A stretch of 64,000 nucleotides of DNA from Mobula hypostoma (GCF_963921235.1 NC_086109.1:37388001-37452000), one strand, 5' to 3'; shown: positions 28,477-42,233, numbered from the stretch's first letter. Numbers and translations: made by a program. Notes: a model not told the origin generated them from the letters alone.

Positions 28477-28770
28477 TAACCATATAACCATATAACAATT
28501 ACAGCACGGAAACAGGCCATCTCGGCCCTTCTAGTCTGTGCCAACCTCTTACTCTCACCTAGTCCCACTGACCTGCATTCAGCCCATAACCCTCCATTCC
28601 TTTCCTGTCCATATATCTATCCAATTTAACTTTAAACGACAACATTGAACCTGCCTCAACCACTTCTGCTGGAAGCTCATTCCACACAGCTACCACTCTC
28701 TGAGTAAAGAAGTTCCCCCTCATGTTACCCCTAAACTTTTGCCCTTTAACTCTCAACTCACGTCCTCTTT
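28477..28770 (-). mobile_element. CR1 LINE 3' end, the distal half of the element continuing at 32019-32820
   Basis: RVKGQKFRGNMRGNFFTQRVVAVWNELP with (gttatatg)n tail. The sequence cgtcctctt|...|gaatctcccc joins to 32019 when the intervening element is removed. Confidence 0.88.
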
Positions 28771-31700
28771 TGGCGCAGGCGTGACCTGTACAAAAAGGAC
28801 AGGTTACACTTGAATCCTAGGGGGACCAATATCCTGGCAGGGAGATTAGTGAGGGCTACTGAGGTGACTTTAAACTGGAATGGTTGGGGGGTGGGAATCA
28901 AATTAAAGAGGCTAGGTGAGAGGAGGTTAGTTCACAACAGGGGGATGGGAACCAGTGCAGAGAGACAGAGGGGTGTAAAATAAGGGTAGAAGCAAAAAGT
29001 AGGAAGGTGAAAAGTAAAAGTGGCAGGCCGGCAAATCCAGGGAAAGCATCAGAAAGGGCCACTTTTCAACATAATTATATAAGGGCTAAGAGAGTTGTAA
29101 AAGCGCGCCTGAAGGCTTTGTGTGTCAGTGCAAGGAGCATTCGTAGCAAGGTGGATGAATTAAAAGTGCAGATTGTTATTAATGAATATGATATAGTTGG
29201 GATCACAGAGACATGGCTCCAGGGTGACCAAGGATAGGAGTTCAACATTCAGGGATATTCAATATTCAGGAGGGATAGACATGAAAGAAAAGGAGGTGGG
29301 GTGGCATTGCTGGTTAGAGAGGAGATTAACGCAATAGAAAGGAAGGACATAAGCCGGGAGGATGTGGAATCAATATGGGTAGAGCTGCATAACACTAAGG
29401 GGCAGAAAACGCTGGTGGGAGTTGTGTACAGGCCACCTAACAGTAGTAGTGAGGTTGGGGATGGTATTAAACAGGAACTTAGAAATGTGTGCAATAAAGG
29501 AACAGCAGTTATAATGGGTGACTTCAATGTACGTGTAGATTGGGTGAACCAAATTGGTAAGGGAGCTGAGGAAGAGGATTTCTTGGAATGTAAGCGGGAT
29601 GGTTTTTTGAACCAACATGTCGAGGAACCAACTAGAGAACATGTTATTCTAGACTGGGTATTGAGCAATGAGGAAGGTTTAATTAGCAATCTTGTCGTGA
29701 GAGGCCCCTTGGGTAAGAGTGACCATGATATGGTGGAATTCTTCATTAAGATGGAGAGTGACATCGTTAATTCAGAAACAAAAGTTCTGAACTTAAAGAA
29801 GGGTAACTTTGAAGGTATGAGACGTGAATTAGCTAAGATAGACTGGCAAATGACACTTAAAGGGTTGAAAGGTGGATATGCAATGGCAAGCATTTAAAGA
29901 TCGCATGGATGAACTCCAACCAGTTCATCCCAGTTTGGCAAAAAAATAAATCAAGGAAGGTAGTGCACCCATGGCTGACGAGAGAAATTAGGGATAGTAT
30001 CAATTCCAAAGAAGAAGCATACAAATTAGCCAGAAAAAGTGGCTCACCTGAGGACTGGGAGAAATTCAGATTTCAGCAGAGGAGGACAAAGGGCTTAATT
30101 AGGAAGGGGAAGAAAGATTATGAGAGAAAACTGGCAGGGAACATAAAAACTGACTGTAAAAGCTTTTATAGATATGTGAAAAGAAAAAAAGATTAGTTAA
30201 GACAAATGTAGGTCCCCTACAGACAGAAACAGGTGAATTGATTGTGGGGAGCAAGGACATGGCAGACCAATTGAATAATTACCTTGGTTCTGTCTTCACT
30301 AAGGAGGACATAAATAATCTTTCGGAAATAGTAGGGGACAGAGGGTCCAGTGAGATGGAGGAACTGAGGGAAATACATGTTAGTAGGGAAGTGGTGTTAG
30401 GTAAATTGAAGGGATTAAAGACGGATAAATCCCCACGGCCAGATGGTCTGCATCCCAGAGTGCTTAAGGAAGTAGCCCAAGAAATAGTGGATGCATTAGT
30501 GATAATTTTTCAAAACTTTTTAGATTCTGGACTAGTTCCTGAGGATTGGAGGGTGGCTAATGTAACCCCACTTTTAAAAAAGGAGGGAGAGAGAAACCGG
30601 GGAATTATAGACTGGTTAGCCTAACATCGGTGGTGGGGAAACTGCTAGAGTCAGTTATCAAAGATGTGATAACAGCACATTTGGAAAGCGGTGAAATCAT
30701 CGGACAAAGTCAGCATGGATTTGTGAAAGGAAAATCATGTCTGACGAATCTCATAGAATTTTTTGAGGATGTAACTAGTAGAGTGGATAGGGGAGAACCA
30801 GTGGATGTGGTATATTTGGATTTTCAAAAGGCTTTTGACAAGGTCCCACACAGGAGATTAGTGTGCAAACTTAAAGCACATGGTATTGGGGGTAAGGTAT
30901 TGATGTGGATAGAGAATTGGTTGGCAGACTGGAAGCAAAGAGTGGGAATAAACGGAACCTTTTCAGAATGGCAGGCAGTGACTAGTGGGGTACCGCAAGG
31001 CTCAGTGCTGGGACCCCAGTTGTTAACAATATATATTAATGACTTGGATGAGGGAATTAAATGCAGCATCTCCAAGTTTGCGGATAACACGAAGCTGGGC
31101 AGCAGTGTTAGCTGTGAGGAGGATGCTAAGAGGATGCAGGGTGACTTGGATAGGTTAGGTGAATGGGCAAATTCATGGCAGATGCAATTTAATGTGGATA
31201 AATGTGAAGTTATCCACTTTGGTGGCAAAAACAGGAAAACAGATTATTATCTGAATGGTGACCGATTAGGAAAAGGGAAGGTGCAACGAGACCTGGGTGT
31301 CATTATACACCAGTCATTGAAAGTGGGCATGCAGGTACAGCAGGCAGTGAAAAAGGCGAATGGTATGCTGGCATTCATAGCAAGAGGATTCGAGTACAGG
31401 AGCAGGGAGGTACTACTGCAGTTGTACAAGGCCTTGGTGAGACCACGCCTGGAGTATTGTGTGCAGTTTTGGTCCCCTAATCTGAGGAAAGACATCCTTG
31501 CCATAGAGGGAGTACAAAGAAGGTTCACCAGATTGATTCCTGGGATGGCAGGACTTTCATATGATGAAAGACTGGATGAACTAGGCTTATACTCGTTGGA
31601 ATTTAGAAGATTGAGGGGGGATCTGATTGAAACATATAAAATCCTAAAGGGATTGGACAGGCTAGATGCAGCAAGATTGTTCCCTATGTTGCGGAAGTCC

Positions 31701-32018
31701 AGAACGAGGGGTCACAGTTTGAGGATAAAGGGGAAGCCTTTTAGGACCGAGATTAGGAAAAACTCCTTCACACAGAGAGTGGTGAATCTGTGGAATTCTC
31801 TGCCACAGCAAACTGTTGAGGCCAGTTCATTGGCTATATTTAAGAGGGAGTTAGATATGGCCCTTGTGGCTAAAGGGATCAGGGGGTATGGAGGGAAGGC
31901 TGGTACAGGGTTCTGAGTTGGATGATCAGCCATGATCATACTGAATGGCGGTGCAGGCTCGAAGGGCCAAATGGCCTACTCCTGCACCTATTTTCTATGT
32001 TTCTATGTTTCTATGTTT
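28771..32018 (+). mobile_element. CR1 LINE with ORF1 C-terminus and nearly complete, frameshifted ORF2 (APE endonuclease and RT)
   Basis: DIVGITETWL, VGVVYRPPNS, IMGDFN, LGKSDH (APE); KSPRPDGLHPRVLKE, YLDFQKAFDKVPH, SGVPQGSVLGP, KFADNTK (RT). Tail (tttctatg)n. Confidence 0.95.
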
Positions 32019-32820
32019 GAATCTCCCCCACTCTCAATGGAAAAAACCTCTCCATGTCAACTCTATCTATCCCCTTCATAATTTTAATTACCTCTATCAA
32101 GTCCCCCCCAATGTTCCACACTCCAAAGAATAAAGACCCAACTTGTTCAACATTTCTCTGTAACTTAGGAGATGAAACCCAGGTAACACTCTAGTAAATC
32201 TTCTCTGTACTCTCTCAATTTTGTTGACATCTTTCCTATAATTCGGTGACCAGAACTGCACACAATACTCCAAATTTGGCCTTACCAATGCCTTGAACAA
32301 TTTCAACATTACATCCCAACTCCTATACTCAATGCTCTGATTTATAAAGGCCAGCATACCGAAAGCTTTCTTCACCACCCTATCCACATGAGATTCCACC
32401 TTCAGGGAATTATGCACCATTATTCCTAGATCCCTCTGTTCTACTACATTCTTCAATGCCCTACCATTTACCATGTATGTCCTATTTTGATTAGTCCTAC
32501 CAAAATGTAGCACCTCACATTTATCAGCATTAAACGCCATCTGCCGTCTTTCAGCCCACTCTTCTAACTGTCCTGAATCTCTCTGCAAGCTTTGAAAACC
32601 TACTTCATTATCCACAACGCCACCTATCTTAGTATCATCTGCATACTTACTAATCCAATTTACCACCCATCATCCGGATCATTAATATACATGACAAACA
32701 ACATTGGACCCAGTACAGATCCCTAAGGCACACCACTACACACCATCCTCCAATCTGACAAACAGTTATCCACCACTACTCTCCGGCATCTCCCATCCAG
32801 CCACTGCTGAATCCGTTTTA
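32019..32820 (-). mobile_element. CR1 LINE RT fragment, same subfamily as 59205-63431
   Basis: ORF 32097-32666: NWISKYADDTKIGGVVDNE...LVRPNLEYCVQFWSP. Confidence 0.9.
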
Positions 32821-33204
32821 CTATAATAGGTTACTGTCAATCTCGTCATAGATGAATATTTATCAAATAACTTTTGAAATTCCAGATTTCCTACACTGGC
32901 TGGTTCCACTTCATCCATCCTATCAGTTGTATTTTCAAAACATGTAATTGAATTTTCCAAACATGAGTTTTCTTTATAGAGAATTTTGACTTTGCCTGAT
33001 CACAGTATGATTGTGTAATTGCAACAGTGGTGTTGATGTGTGGTTGACAGGTTTTCAATTATTCAGTTTGTAACTATGGTTATTTACCTGAACTCATCTC
33101 CCCTGATCCTCCCTGCAGTTACCTCAGTTGATTAGCTGTGCATGCTAGTAGATTTCATCTGGATGCAGAAAAATCAGAGCACTGAGTGGGTCTCAAGTAA
33201 TGTT

Positions 33205-33680
33205 TACGAGAACAATCCCAGGAAAGAAAAGGTTAACGTATGAGGAGCATTTGATGGCTCGGGGACTGTACTCACTGGAGTTTAGAAGAATGAGGGGGGA
33301 ATCTCATTGAAACCTATTGAATGATAATAGGCCTAGATAGAGTGGGTGGGGAGAGGATGTTTCCCATAGTGGGAGAGTCTAGGACCAGAGGATACAGCCT
33401 CAGAAAAGAGGGATGTCCAGTTAGAACAGAGATGAGGAGGAATTTCTTTAGCCAGAGGACAGTGAGTCTGTGGAATTCATTGACACCGATGGCTGTGGAG
33501 GCCAAGCCATTGAGTATATTTAAAACGGAGGGTGATAGTTTCTTGATTGGTCAAGACATCAAAGGTTGCATGGAGAAGGCAAGAGAATGGGGTTGAGAAG
33601 AATAATACATTAAATATGATGGCATGGAGGAGTAGACATGATGGGTTGAATGGCCTAATTTTGCTCCCATGTCTTCTGGT
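33205..33680 (+). mobile_element. CR1 LINE 3' fragment
   Basis: GLDRVGGERMFPIVGESRTRGYSLRKEG..EMRRNFFSQR plus a CR1 3' UTR. Confidence 0.85.
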
Positions 33681-33771
33681 CTCCCATCCATTACTACCCA
33701 GACCATCCGACAGGCTTTGGCAGGAAGCAGAGCAGCAAGCAAACCTTTGATCCCTATTCTGTTTTCCGCAA

Positions 33772-34116
33772 GTCATAGTCATAGTCATACTTTATTGATC
33801 CCGAGGGAAATTGGTTTTCGTTACAGTTGCACCATAAATAAGTAAATAGTAATAAAACCATAAATAGTTAAATAGTAATATGTAAATTATGCCAGGAAAT
33901 AAATCCAGGACCAGCCTATTGGCTCAGGGTATCTGACCCTCCAAGGGAGGAGTTGTAAAGTTTGATGGCCACAGGCAGGAATGACTTCCTATGACGCTCT
34001 GTGTTGCATCTCGGTGGAATGAGTCTCTGGCTGAATGTATTCCTGTGCCCACCCAGTACATTATGTAGTGGATGGGAGACATTGTCCAAGATGGCATGCA
34101 ACTTGGACAGCATCCT
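33772..34116 (-). mobile_element. Rex/Babar-like LINE 3' end with (tgacta)n tail
   Basis: MLSKLHAILDNVSHPLH..FSQRLIPPRCNTERHRKSFLPVAIKLYN. The tail is nearly identical to 43258-43440. Confidence 0.8.
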
Positions 34117-36151
34117 GGCATGTCTGCCTCTTTTATTTTGCTATATAATTTCTAAATGTCTCCAATGTTCAGAGATCTTCACAAATTATAAAGATTTAAT
34201 AATTTTTAAAAAGGATAAAGAATAAAAATGTTAACTTAAAAAGTGTAAACATCTACAATTTTTTTTAAAGTTTAAGTAATTGCTAAAAGACTTACATTCC
34301 ACATTCTGCAAAATGTAAGTCATAATTTAAATAAATAGTGTTTATGATCCCAACCCAAACTGACTGGAGCCTCATGAAGAAGGAAAGTAGCAGGTGCAGC
34401 AGCATCTGTCACTCTGTAAGCCCTGAATGAAGAGCAGTTGGGGACTTACCTGCTTACCAGCCTTTGAACTGTTACAGCTTTCAAAGTCCAAAGCATACTT
34501 ATTACCAAAGCATATATAATATACACAACATTGAGATTTGCTTTTTTGCAGGCAGCCACAAAAGAAAAAAACTCAATAGAACCCACTAAAAAAAAACGCA
34601 TAACAAAGACCGTCAAACACACAATGTGTGGAAAAAAAGAACAAATTGTGCAAACAGTAAACAAGTAAACAATTAAACATGAACTGCAGGGTCCCCAAAA
34701 GTGAGTCCACAGCCACAGAGCCAGTTCAAAGTTGCAGCCGGTCCAGAAGCCTGGTGGCTGCAGGCCGTAATGAGTGTCAGTGTAAAATTCTTTGTAAAAT
34801 TTCTCAGTGCTCTTTCAATATTATTGTTATCTTTCCTGTAGGTAGGTGACTAGAACTCGAATATTCCAAATTAGGCCTCATCAACATCAACTTCAACAGA
34901 ACATCCAACCTCCAACAATGCATTCACTACTTTGATTTATGAAGACCAAAGTGCCAAAAGGTCGTTTTACAGCCCTTTTTACCTGGGCTGGAATACAAAA
35001 AAATGTAAATCAGAATGTTTAGATACACTTCCTTTCTAAAATACAAATGTACATGTGAAGCTGCTGGCAATTTTTTAAATAAAACACATGTGATGCTGTT
35101 GGTAATCAAAAGACATGATTAATTCAGGGTTTCGATTGATATTCTGATTCTTTGCAAAACAAATTCACTTAGCCTTTTCAATGACTTGTAATCATACAAT
35201 GGTAATTTACTTGTAAATAAAACGACAAAGAATAAAGTTCTTTGTGATCTTTTAAATATTCACTGTTAGAATCAAAGGGTTTTGAAGTCCAAAGTTCAAA
35301 TTTCTAAGAAAATTTATCATCAAAGTACGTATGTCACCATATACAACCGCGACATTAGTTACCTTGCGGGAATACTCAATAAATGCATAATGGAATAATA
35401 ACCTCAATAGGATCAATGAAAGACTGCGCCAAACTGGGTGTTCAACCAGAGTGCAAAAGACAACAAATTGTACAAATACAAAAAGAAAGAAATAATGATT
35501 TTAAATAAATAACAACCAATAAACATCGGGAACATAAGAGGAAGTGTACTTGAAAGTACATCTGCTTTACTGCTTGAGAAATGTTGTGAAAAACAATAGG
35601 TTGCTTAATTTGGGTTCCTTCAAACAGCAAGCTGACTCTTCAGTTGTTTAGTTCAAGAAACCTTAGAGAACAGATAGATATTATTATTTCACATATCAAT
35701 AACTGATGTGTTTATAGTTGAATGTTTATGTACTCAGAGAGGTTAGCTTTACAGCATTAATTGTGAACTATGAACATTAAGCTGTGGTCTGTGTCTCCAA
35801 AAAATTCTTCTGGACCATTTGTGTTAAATAGGATATCTGAGGAAATATCATATATACATGTAAAGTCACCAAACAGGAAAAAAGGGTCTAAGTGTAGAGA
35901 GTGGTTCAGGCTTATTAGAAATAGAGAAAGGAACATTAAAAAAACATTGAAGAAACACAGGGTGAACTAGAATCTATTCCTCCCTCTTAGGTTTCTGTGA
36001 CAGACAACATTTTTGTTTGCATTCTGGTATGTCCTTTTTGATTATAGGTATTGCACCTGGGTTTAGGAAATCCTTTGAGTTTAGGAAATAAACTATGCTT
36101 TATGCTTTATCCTTTGTGTTTACAAAATACCTAATGTTTAAGAAATGCTTT

Positions 36152-39100
36152 TGTAGGGTAATTTAATGGGTGACAGTTGACCCATATTGTTCATAATAGA
36201 AACTGTACAGCATAATTCACAAACAAAGTCATTGAGTTGTGTACACATGTCAGACGTAGTGATATCAGTGTAAGGAGACTTTGGTTTGTTTGGAATGGAA
36301 GTAAAGTGTTGCGGCTTTTGTCAACCACATAGAATGACACTTGTATGTTTTATTCACAATATCCCTGGTGTTCTAACCTAAACTCATCTATTACAGATTT
36401 TTGAACTGTCTCAGTCTGAGCATGAAGCAAGTCCTTCAGAACTAATAAACAACATGATATCTCTCCTGGGCAAACACTGTCCTTGTTTTATTTTTCAAGA
36501 ACTCTTCATGCCACAATGTCTAATCGAGATTGCACTGCCCTCACTAATACACACATGAAGGACTATAGGGAGCTTCCCAACATGGCCAATAGTCTTCACT
36601 CAGCCAGGCAAAGGTGTATCATTCTTCCTCCTCTCCGTGTCTCAATAAGCCCTGTCAGCAGACTCACATCCATGGCGCTGGACCAGATAACAACGGGTCT
36701 ATGTTTTCACCATGCATATTCCAGCCCGAACGCCAAGAGGTGCCGACCACATACAGCTTCGACAGTGCTGCCACATCTGGACATTGGAAGTGTGTTCCAG
36801 CTGCCAGGGGCATCTATTGTTCATCGTGGACATGCTTTCACAGGCGCTCAACTGAGTGGGCTGCCAGCATCGCCCATTGATTATAAGGCAGAGTGACAGA
36901 CCCTCGCTAGAGGCTGCCAAGAGCAGCAGGATCTAAGTTTATGGGGCATGACACATGATACTTTGCTTTAGTGGATGACACTACACATGGAAATTTGCCT
37001 TGGCTAAAATTGCTCGACCCTCGCTCAGAGCAGATTTCTGGTGCACTCAAGGATATACTTGTTGGCAGCACATGCAAACCAGACACTGACCACATCTCCA
37101 CACACTTTTCAAGCACTTGATGGGCCAATTCGGGTTGTCTACTATTGACTTTCCCAGCCTCCACATCTCCGCAGAAGGGGCAGTAACCAAAAGTTACCAT
37201 CAAAAGTTACCGCTATTATGGGCTTTCCACTATCCCGCATTACCAAAGCACTGAAAGAGTTTTTAGGTATGATGAATTTTTATTACTTTTTCATTTGACA
37301 AGCTGCTGAAATTAGACTCCCCTTGTATGGTGCCCTTAAAGGCAATGCCCCTAATCAAATGCTTCAGCAGTCAGCGGACATGACCAGAGCACTGGGTGAC
37401 ACCAAATGAGCTCTTTCTATTGCGACCTTACTGGTTCACCCACTCCCCAACACACCCATATCCATCACTACTAACACCTCAGACTATGCACAAACAGTTG
37501 ATTGGAGGTGTGTGGCAGCCACTTGCCTTCTTCAGCCAGCAACTCTGCCCTCTCCCCGAGTGGAGGTATGGCACGTTTAACCGCGAGCTTCTTGGTCTCT
37601 ATCTGGCCATCTGCCATTTTTGTTTTCTACTGGAGGGTCAACATTTCACGCTGTTCATTGCCACAAATCCCTCGTGCATGCGATGGCCAAACCTTCACAC
37701 CCATGGTCTGCATGGCAGCAACATCACTTCGCCTATATTGCATGTATTCATGACTGACATGCAGCATAGAGAAGGGAAAAATAATGATGTGGCTGATTAC
37801 CTCTCACGGTCCGCTGTCAATGCCATACCCATCGAGTTGACGATGCTGGCATGGTAGCCAAGCAAGCCACTGACCCAGAGGTCCAGACTTACAGGACAGT
37901 AGTCATGGGCCTGAAATTGGCTGTCGTCAGGTTTGGCGATGCAGGAGTTTCTCTCCTGTGTGCTGTCTCAACTAGTTGCCCTTGCCCCATAGTGCCTCCA
38001 AACTGGAGGTGTACTGTTCTTAACTCTAATCATGCCCTCTCACATCCAGACAGGAAGGTTTCACAGAGACTGGTTGCTTTAAAGTTTGTGTGACACAGCC
38101 TTAGGAAAGACATGTGAGACTGGAGTGCAGCCTGGGTTGTGTGCCAGCAGGTGAAAATTAACCATCACTTTTGGGCACATTCAGCATCTTTTGTGATCCC
38201 TGAGTGATGGTTTGACCACATCAATGTGGACCTGGCTGATTCTCTCATGCCCTTTTCCCACGGTTTCACACATCTCCTTATCAGGGTGGACTGTACCATA
38301 ACGTGGCCAGAGGTTGTCCCTTTAGCGTTGACAACGGCTGCAGACATGGTTTGGGTGTTCAACACCTAGGTCGTATATCTCAGCACCCCATCTAATATTT
38401 CTTCGCCCAACTCATGTCAGAGCCCTGGGCCACAATGGCCCAGAACCTCAGTGTTAAATGTCATCACATCATGGCGTATCACCCACAATCCTGTGTGAAC
38501 GGCTTCATCATTCCTTAAAGGCTGCCCTGAGGGCCGTACTGACGGATGAGTTTTGGCACGATCATCTCCCATGAGTCCTGGGGCTCAGGACAAGTCCAAA
38601 AGAGAACCTGCAGTCATCCACGGCCGAGTTGGTATACGGGTAGCTATTATGGGACTGGGTGATTTATTCCTGATGCCACAACTGTCTGGCTAGCATCTCA
38701 ACAGTGTTCCACCCCCATCAGTAAAATGAATTATTTTACACCTGTTCCTACCTCCCATCATGATATACACAACTCGTGGGTTCCAGTTCACCTACGTTCT
38801 ACCTCGTTCATTTTTGTCTGCTATGACACACATCAACAACCCCTTAAGCCCCCCTACAGTGGCCTTTTCAGCATTTTGGAGTGGGGCAAAAAGACTGTTA
38901 TTGTAGATAGGAAGGGTAAATCTGAATGTATTTCTGTTGATTTCCTTAAACTAGCCTAGCAAGACCTGGATGGTTCCACTACCATACCTCCTGCATCATG
39001 ACAGGATCATGTGCCTGTCAGGAGACTCCTGGATGAGCCAGAGGCACCTGCTGTTACTTCAAGCAAGGCCTAAGCCAGGCGGATCGCATGAGCTCCAGAC

Positions 39101-39354
39101 AAATTTACAATGCCGGTTTTGGTGAAGTCTTGGGGGGAGGGCCTAAGTGGGGTAATGTAATGGGTGACAGATGACACATATTGTTCATAATAGAAACTGT
39201 TCTACATAATTCACAAACACTTTAAGAGATGGTGTCTGACGTAATGACATCAGTGTAAGGTGACTGCTTTTGGTTTGTTCAGAAAGGGAGTAAAAGGCTG
39301 CATCCTTTGTTAACCAGTTAAAACAACTCTCAGATGTTTTATTCACAAACTACA
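36152..39354 (+). mobile_element. Gypsy (Ty3) LTR retrotransposon, decayed, inserted in the foamy-like 5' LTR
   Basis: LTRs 36152-~36363 and 39146-39354; PBS-like tggtg at 36366; PPT ggggggaggg at 39132-39141; 4-bp TSD cttt/ctta. RNase H-like WQPLAFFSQQL..YGTFNRELLGLYLAI and integrase remnants (DHINVDL..FTHLL..WPEVVPL). Confidence 0.88.
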
Positions 39355-39368
39355 CTTAATGTTTAGGA

Positions 39369-40298
39369 GCAAACAACAGGAATTCTGCAGATGCTGGAAA
39401 TTCAAGCAACACACATCAAAGTTGCAGGTGAACGCAGCAGGCCAGGCAGCATCTGTAGGAAGAGGTACAGTCGATGATTCAGGCCAAGACCCTTCGTCAG
39501 GACTAACTGAAGGAAGAGTGAGTAAGGGATTTGAAAGTGGGAGGGGGAGGGGGAGATCCAAAATGATACGAGAAGACGGTGGGGGGAGGAATGGAGCCAA
39601 GAGCTGGACAGGTGATAGGCAAAAGGGATACGAGAGGATCATGGGACAGGAGGTCCGGGAAGAAAGACAAGGAGGGGGGGACCCAGAGGATGGGCAAGAG
39701 ATATATTCAGAGGGACAGAGGGAGAAAAAGGAGAGTGAGAGAAAGAATGTGTGCATAAAAATAAGTAACAGATGGGGTACAAGGGGGAGGTGGGGCCTAG
39801 CAGAAGTTAGAGAAGTCGATGTTCATGCCATCAGGTTGGAGGCTACCCAGACGGAATATAAGGTGTTGTTCCTCCAACCTGAGTGTGGCTTCATCTTTAC
39901 AGTAGAGGAGGCCATGGATAGACATGTCAGAATGGGAATGGGATGTGGAATTAAAATGTGTGGCCACTGGGAGATCCTGCTTTCTCTGGTGGACAGAGCG
40001 TAGATGTTCAGCAAAGTGGTTCCCCCCCCCCCCCCGTCTTTCTTCCCGGACCTCCTGTCCCATGATCCTCTCGTATCCCCTTTTGCCTATCACCTGTCCA
40101 GCTCTTGGCTCTATCCCTCCCCCTCCTGTCTTCTCCTATCATTTTGGATCTCCCCCTCCCCCTCCAACTTTCAAATCCCTTACTCACTCTTCCTTCAGTT
40201 AGTCCTGACGAAGGGTCTTGGCCTGAAACGTCGACTGTACCTCTTCCTACAGATGCTGCCTGGCCTGCTGCGTTCACCAGCAAGTTTGATGTGTGTTG
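39369..40298. mobile_element. Penelope-like insertion with inverted pLTR arrangement
   Basis: 14-bp TSD cttaatgtttagga (39355-39368 and 40299-40312). About 270-bp inverted repeat (39406-39680 versus 40022-40298). Minus-strand GIY-YIG C-terminus FAEHLRSV..PVATHFN..RLEEQHLIFRLGSLQPDGMN. Confidence 0.9.
40201..40237 (+). ncRNA. Minimal type I hammerhead ribozyme motif in a Penelope pLTR
   Basis: agtc-CTGACGA-agg gtcttgg cct-GAAA-cGTC-gact: intact core, stem I agtc/gact, short stem II, palindromic ACGT stem III. Confidence 0.75.
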
Positions 40299-40727
40299 CT
40301 TAATGTTTAGGAAATGGTTTGTGCTTTAGAAATGGTTTGTAATTTGGAAATATTTAAGAAAGAAATCCTCTTGTGTGTTTTCAGTGTGTTGTTTGTGATT
40401 AAACGTGTGTCGCTGAAAATAAATGAACTGTATTTTAAACTAATTTGTTAGCTGGAAGTACCTATTCCCTGGTAGGAGTGGGGTCCTACCTCTCGAATAG
40501 TGGGTATTGGCCACTAAAATTGCTGTGAAGAACAAACAAGAAACTCTTTGAAGATCAGGTAGCTACTGTATAATTTCTCTTTAGCAAGAATTTGAGAAAT
40601 CAATGTTCAATGTTCAATGTTCATTCAGAAAATTTATGATTTTCTCATGGCTGTTAATATACAATAGCGCTTAAGGTCTTTGTTTGGGTTTAGAACTTTG
40701 CAGTCAGCAAACCCAATACCATTATAG

Positions 40728-40745
40728 TGGTGTGTGACATGGTCA
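40728..40745 (+). promoter_or_regulatory. Degenerate primer-binding site of the foamy-like provirus
   Basis: TGG begins after a 1-nt gap following the LTR end. tggtgtgtgacatggtca matches the tRNA-Lys PBS TGGCGCCCAACGTGGGGC at only 9/18 positions, with two mismatches explicable by CpG decay. Confidence 0.4.
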
Positions 40746-41504
40746 TTCTATATTAAAAGTATTATTTTAGAAATAATTATTATTTAGCAGTATCCCAGCT
40801 CAGAGATCTCTTGACAAGTGCTAAGGCACCCCGCCTAGAACTATAAAATGGTTGACTTCCTGGTTTCCAGTAGTTGCACAGGCAAATGCTGGTTGACATA
40901 TTGAAAGTGTGAATAAAATAGTGGAAATATGGGATAATGCTCAAAATGCTCCTCAAATTGAGTATGTTGACTATGTTATTCTTCAAGTTGGAAACTGGAA
41001 TGATGAAGGGATAGGACAAAGAGTAGGATACAGATTAGACAGACCAAACCCCACTATATGACCATCTCAGACCATCACCATTAGTACCTGATCCCAACAA
41101 GGTAGCAATAATTTGTGCCTGGAAACAACAAATTGCCCCCTTTTTTAGATAGAAACCAAGCAACCGGGTGGGGACCACATGCTTATGTGATCGAACCTGC
41201 TGACCCATATCTTACTCCGGATGCATGGGGATATGGTGTATTCCTATCAGGCACACATGAGGTAGCACCCACATCAGTACACCCCAGAACAGAAGCTTGG
41301 CAACATGCACCAGATTTACTAAAAGGATTGACCATAGCCAGTAAAAGAAGAATACAGGGGTAGGTTTCTGTACAGGGAGCCACTGCAATTTCACCAGTAC
41401 AAACATCCCATCAGATTTTTGGACCTTTGACTACTCAGAGTTTGCAGGCAGAATGTGCCATGCTTCCAGCTGATGCTGAAGGAATTCTGAAGTAGCTAGA
41501 TTGG

Positions 41505-42118
41505 GAGACCATTTCACCAAGCACCATAAGCTCCATCCACGCAAAAAAGTGAGATCTTCCAGCAGCCACCCATTTCGAGTCTACTTCACATTCCCATTCC
41601 GATATGTCAATCCATGGCCTCCTCTACTGTTGTAGTGAGGCCACTCTCAGGTTGAAGGAACAACGCCTTACATTCCATCTGGGTAGCCTCCAACCTGATG
41701 ACATGAGCATTGATTTCTCAAACTTCTGATAATTATCCCTCATTTCACCATTTTCCATTCCTGTCTGCCTCTCTCACCTTTTTCCTTACCTGCCCATCAC
41801 CCCCTTCTGGTACTCCTTCTCCTTCTCCTTCTTAAATGGTCTTCTATCCTTTCCTATTAGATTTTCCATCCTCCAGCCCTTTATCTCTTTCACCAATCAA
41901 CTTCTCAGCTCTTTACTTCACCCCCTCCCCTTCTCCTGGTTTGAACTATCACCTACCATTTTGTTTGTCTTTCTCCCCACCCCCCCCACCTTCTTATGCT
42001 GACTTAACATCTTTTTTCCAGTCCTGATGAAGGGTCTCAGCCTGAAACATTGACTGTTTATTCCTTTCCATAGTTGCTGCCTGACCTGCTGAGTTCCTCC
42101 AACATTTTGTGTGTCTTA
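41505..42118 (+). mobile_element. Penelope-like 3' fragment
   Basis: RLGDHFTKH..DLPAATHF..RLKEQRLTFHLGSLQPDDM. pLTR with a CpG-decayed hammerhead at 42019-42056. Confidence 0.85.
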
Positions 42119-42233
42119 CCAACAAACCAAATAAGCTCCCTGGAGACCAATTGCCTTCGGAAGAGATACTCACTCACAACCTAGATGGCTAGACATGAGG
42201 TCAGCAGATCGAGCATCATCAGTCAGAAACGAT

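Larger units (their letters stand above)
35563..40726 (+). repeat. 5' LTR of the foamy-like provirus, in pieces 35563-36151 and 40299-40726 (split by Gypsy and Penelope insertions; true 5' start not found)
   Basis: Colinear match to 53983-55868, for example tgctttactgcttgagaa/tgctttattgcttgagag, ctgaggaaatatcatat, gaatctattcctcc and gcagtcagcaaacccaatac. Roughly 75-80% identical by eye. Confidence 0.8.

Noticed and set aside
20664..31939. Long minus-strand ORFs (20664-21149, 21214-21693, 29249-29893, 30824-31228 and others)
   Set aside because: Antisense shadows of CR1 ORF2, recurring in every CR1 copy; not independent genes.
39343..40329. Overlapping ORFs on both strands, including a 214-aa ORF
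   Set aside because: Products of the low-complexity inverted Penelope pLTR; only the GIY-YIG C-terminal fragment is real coding ancestry.
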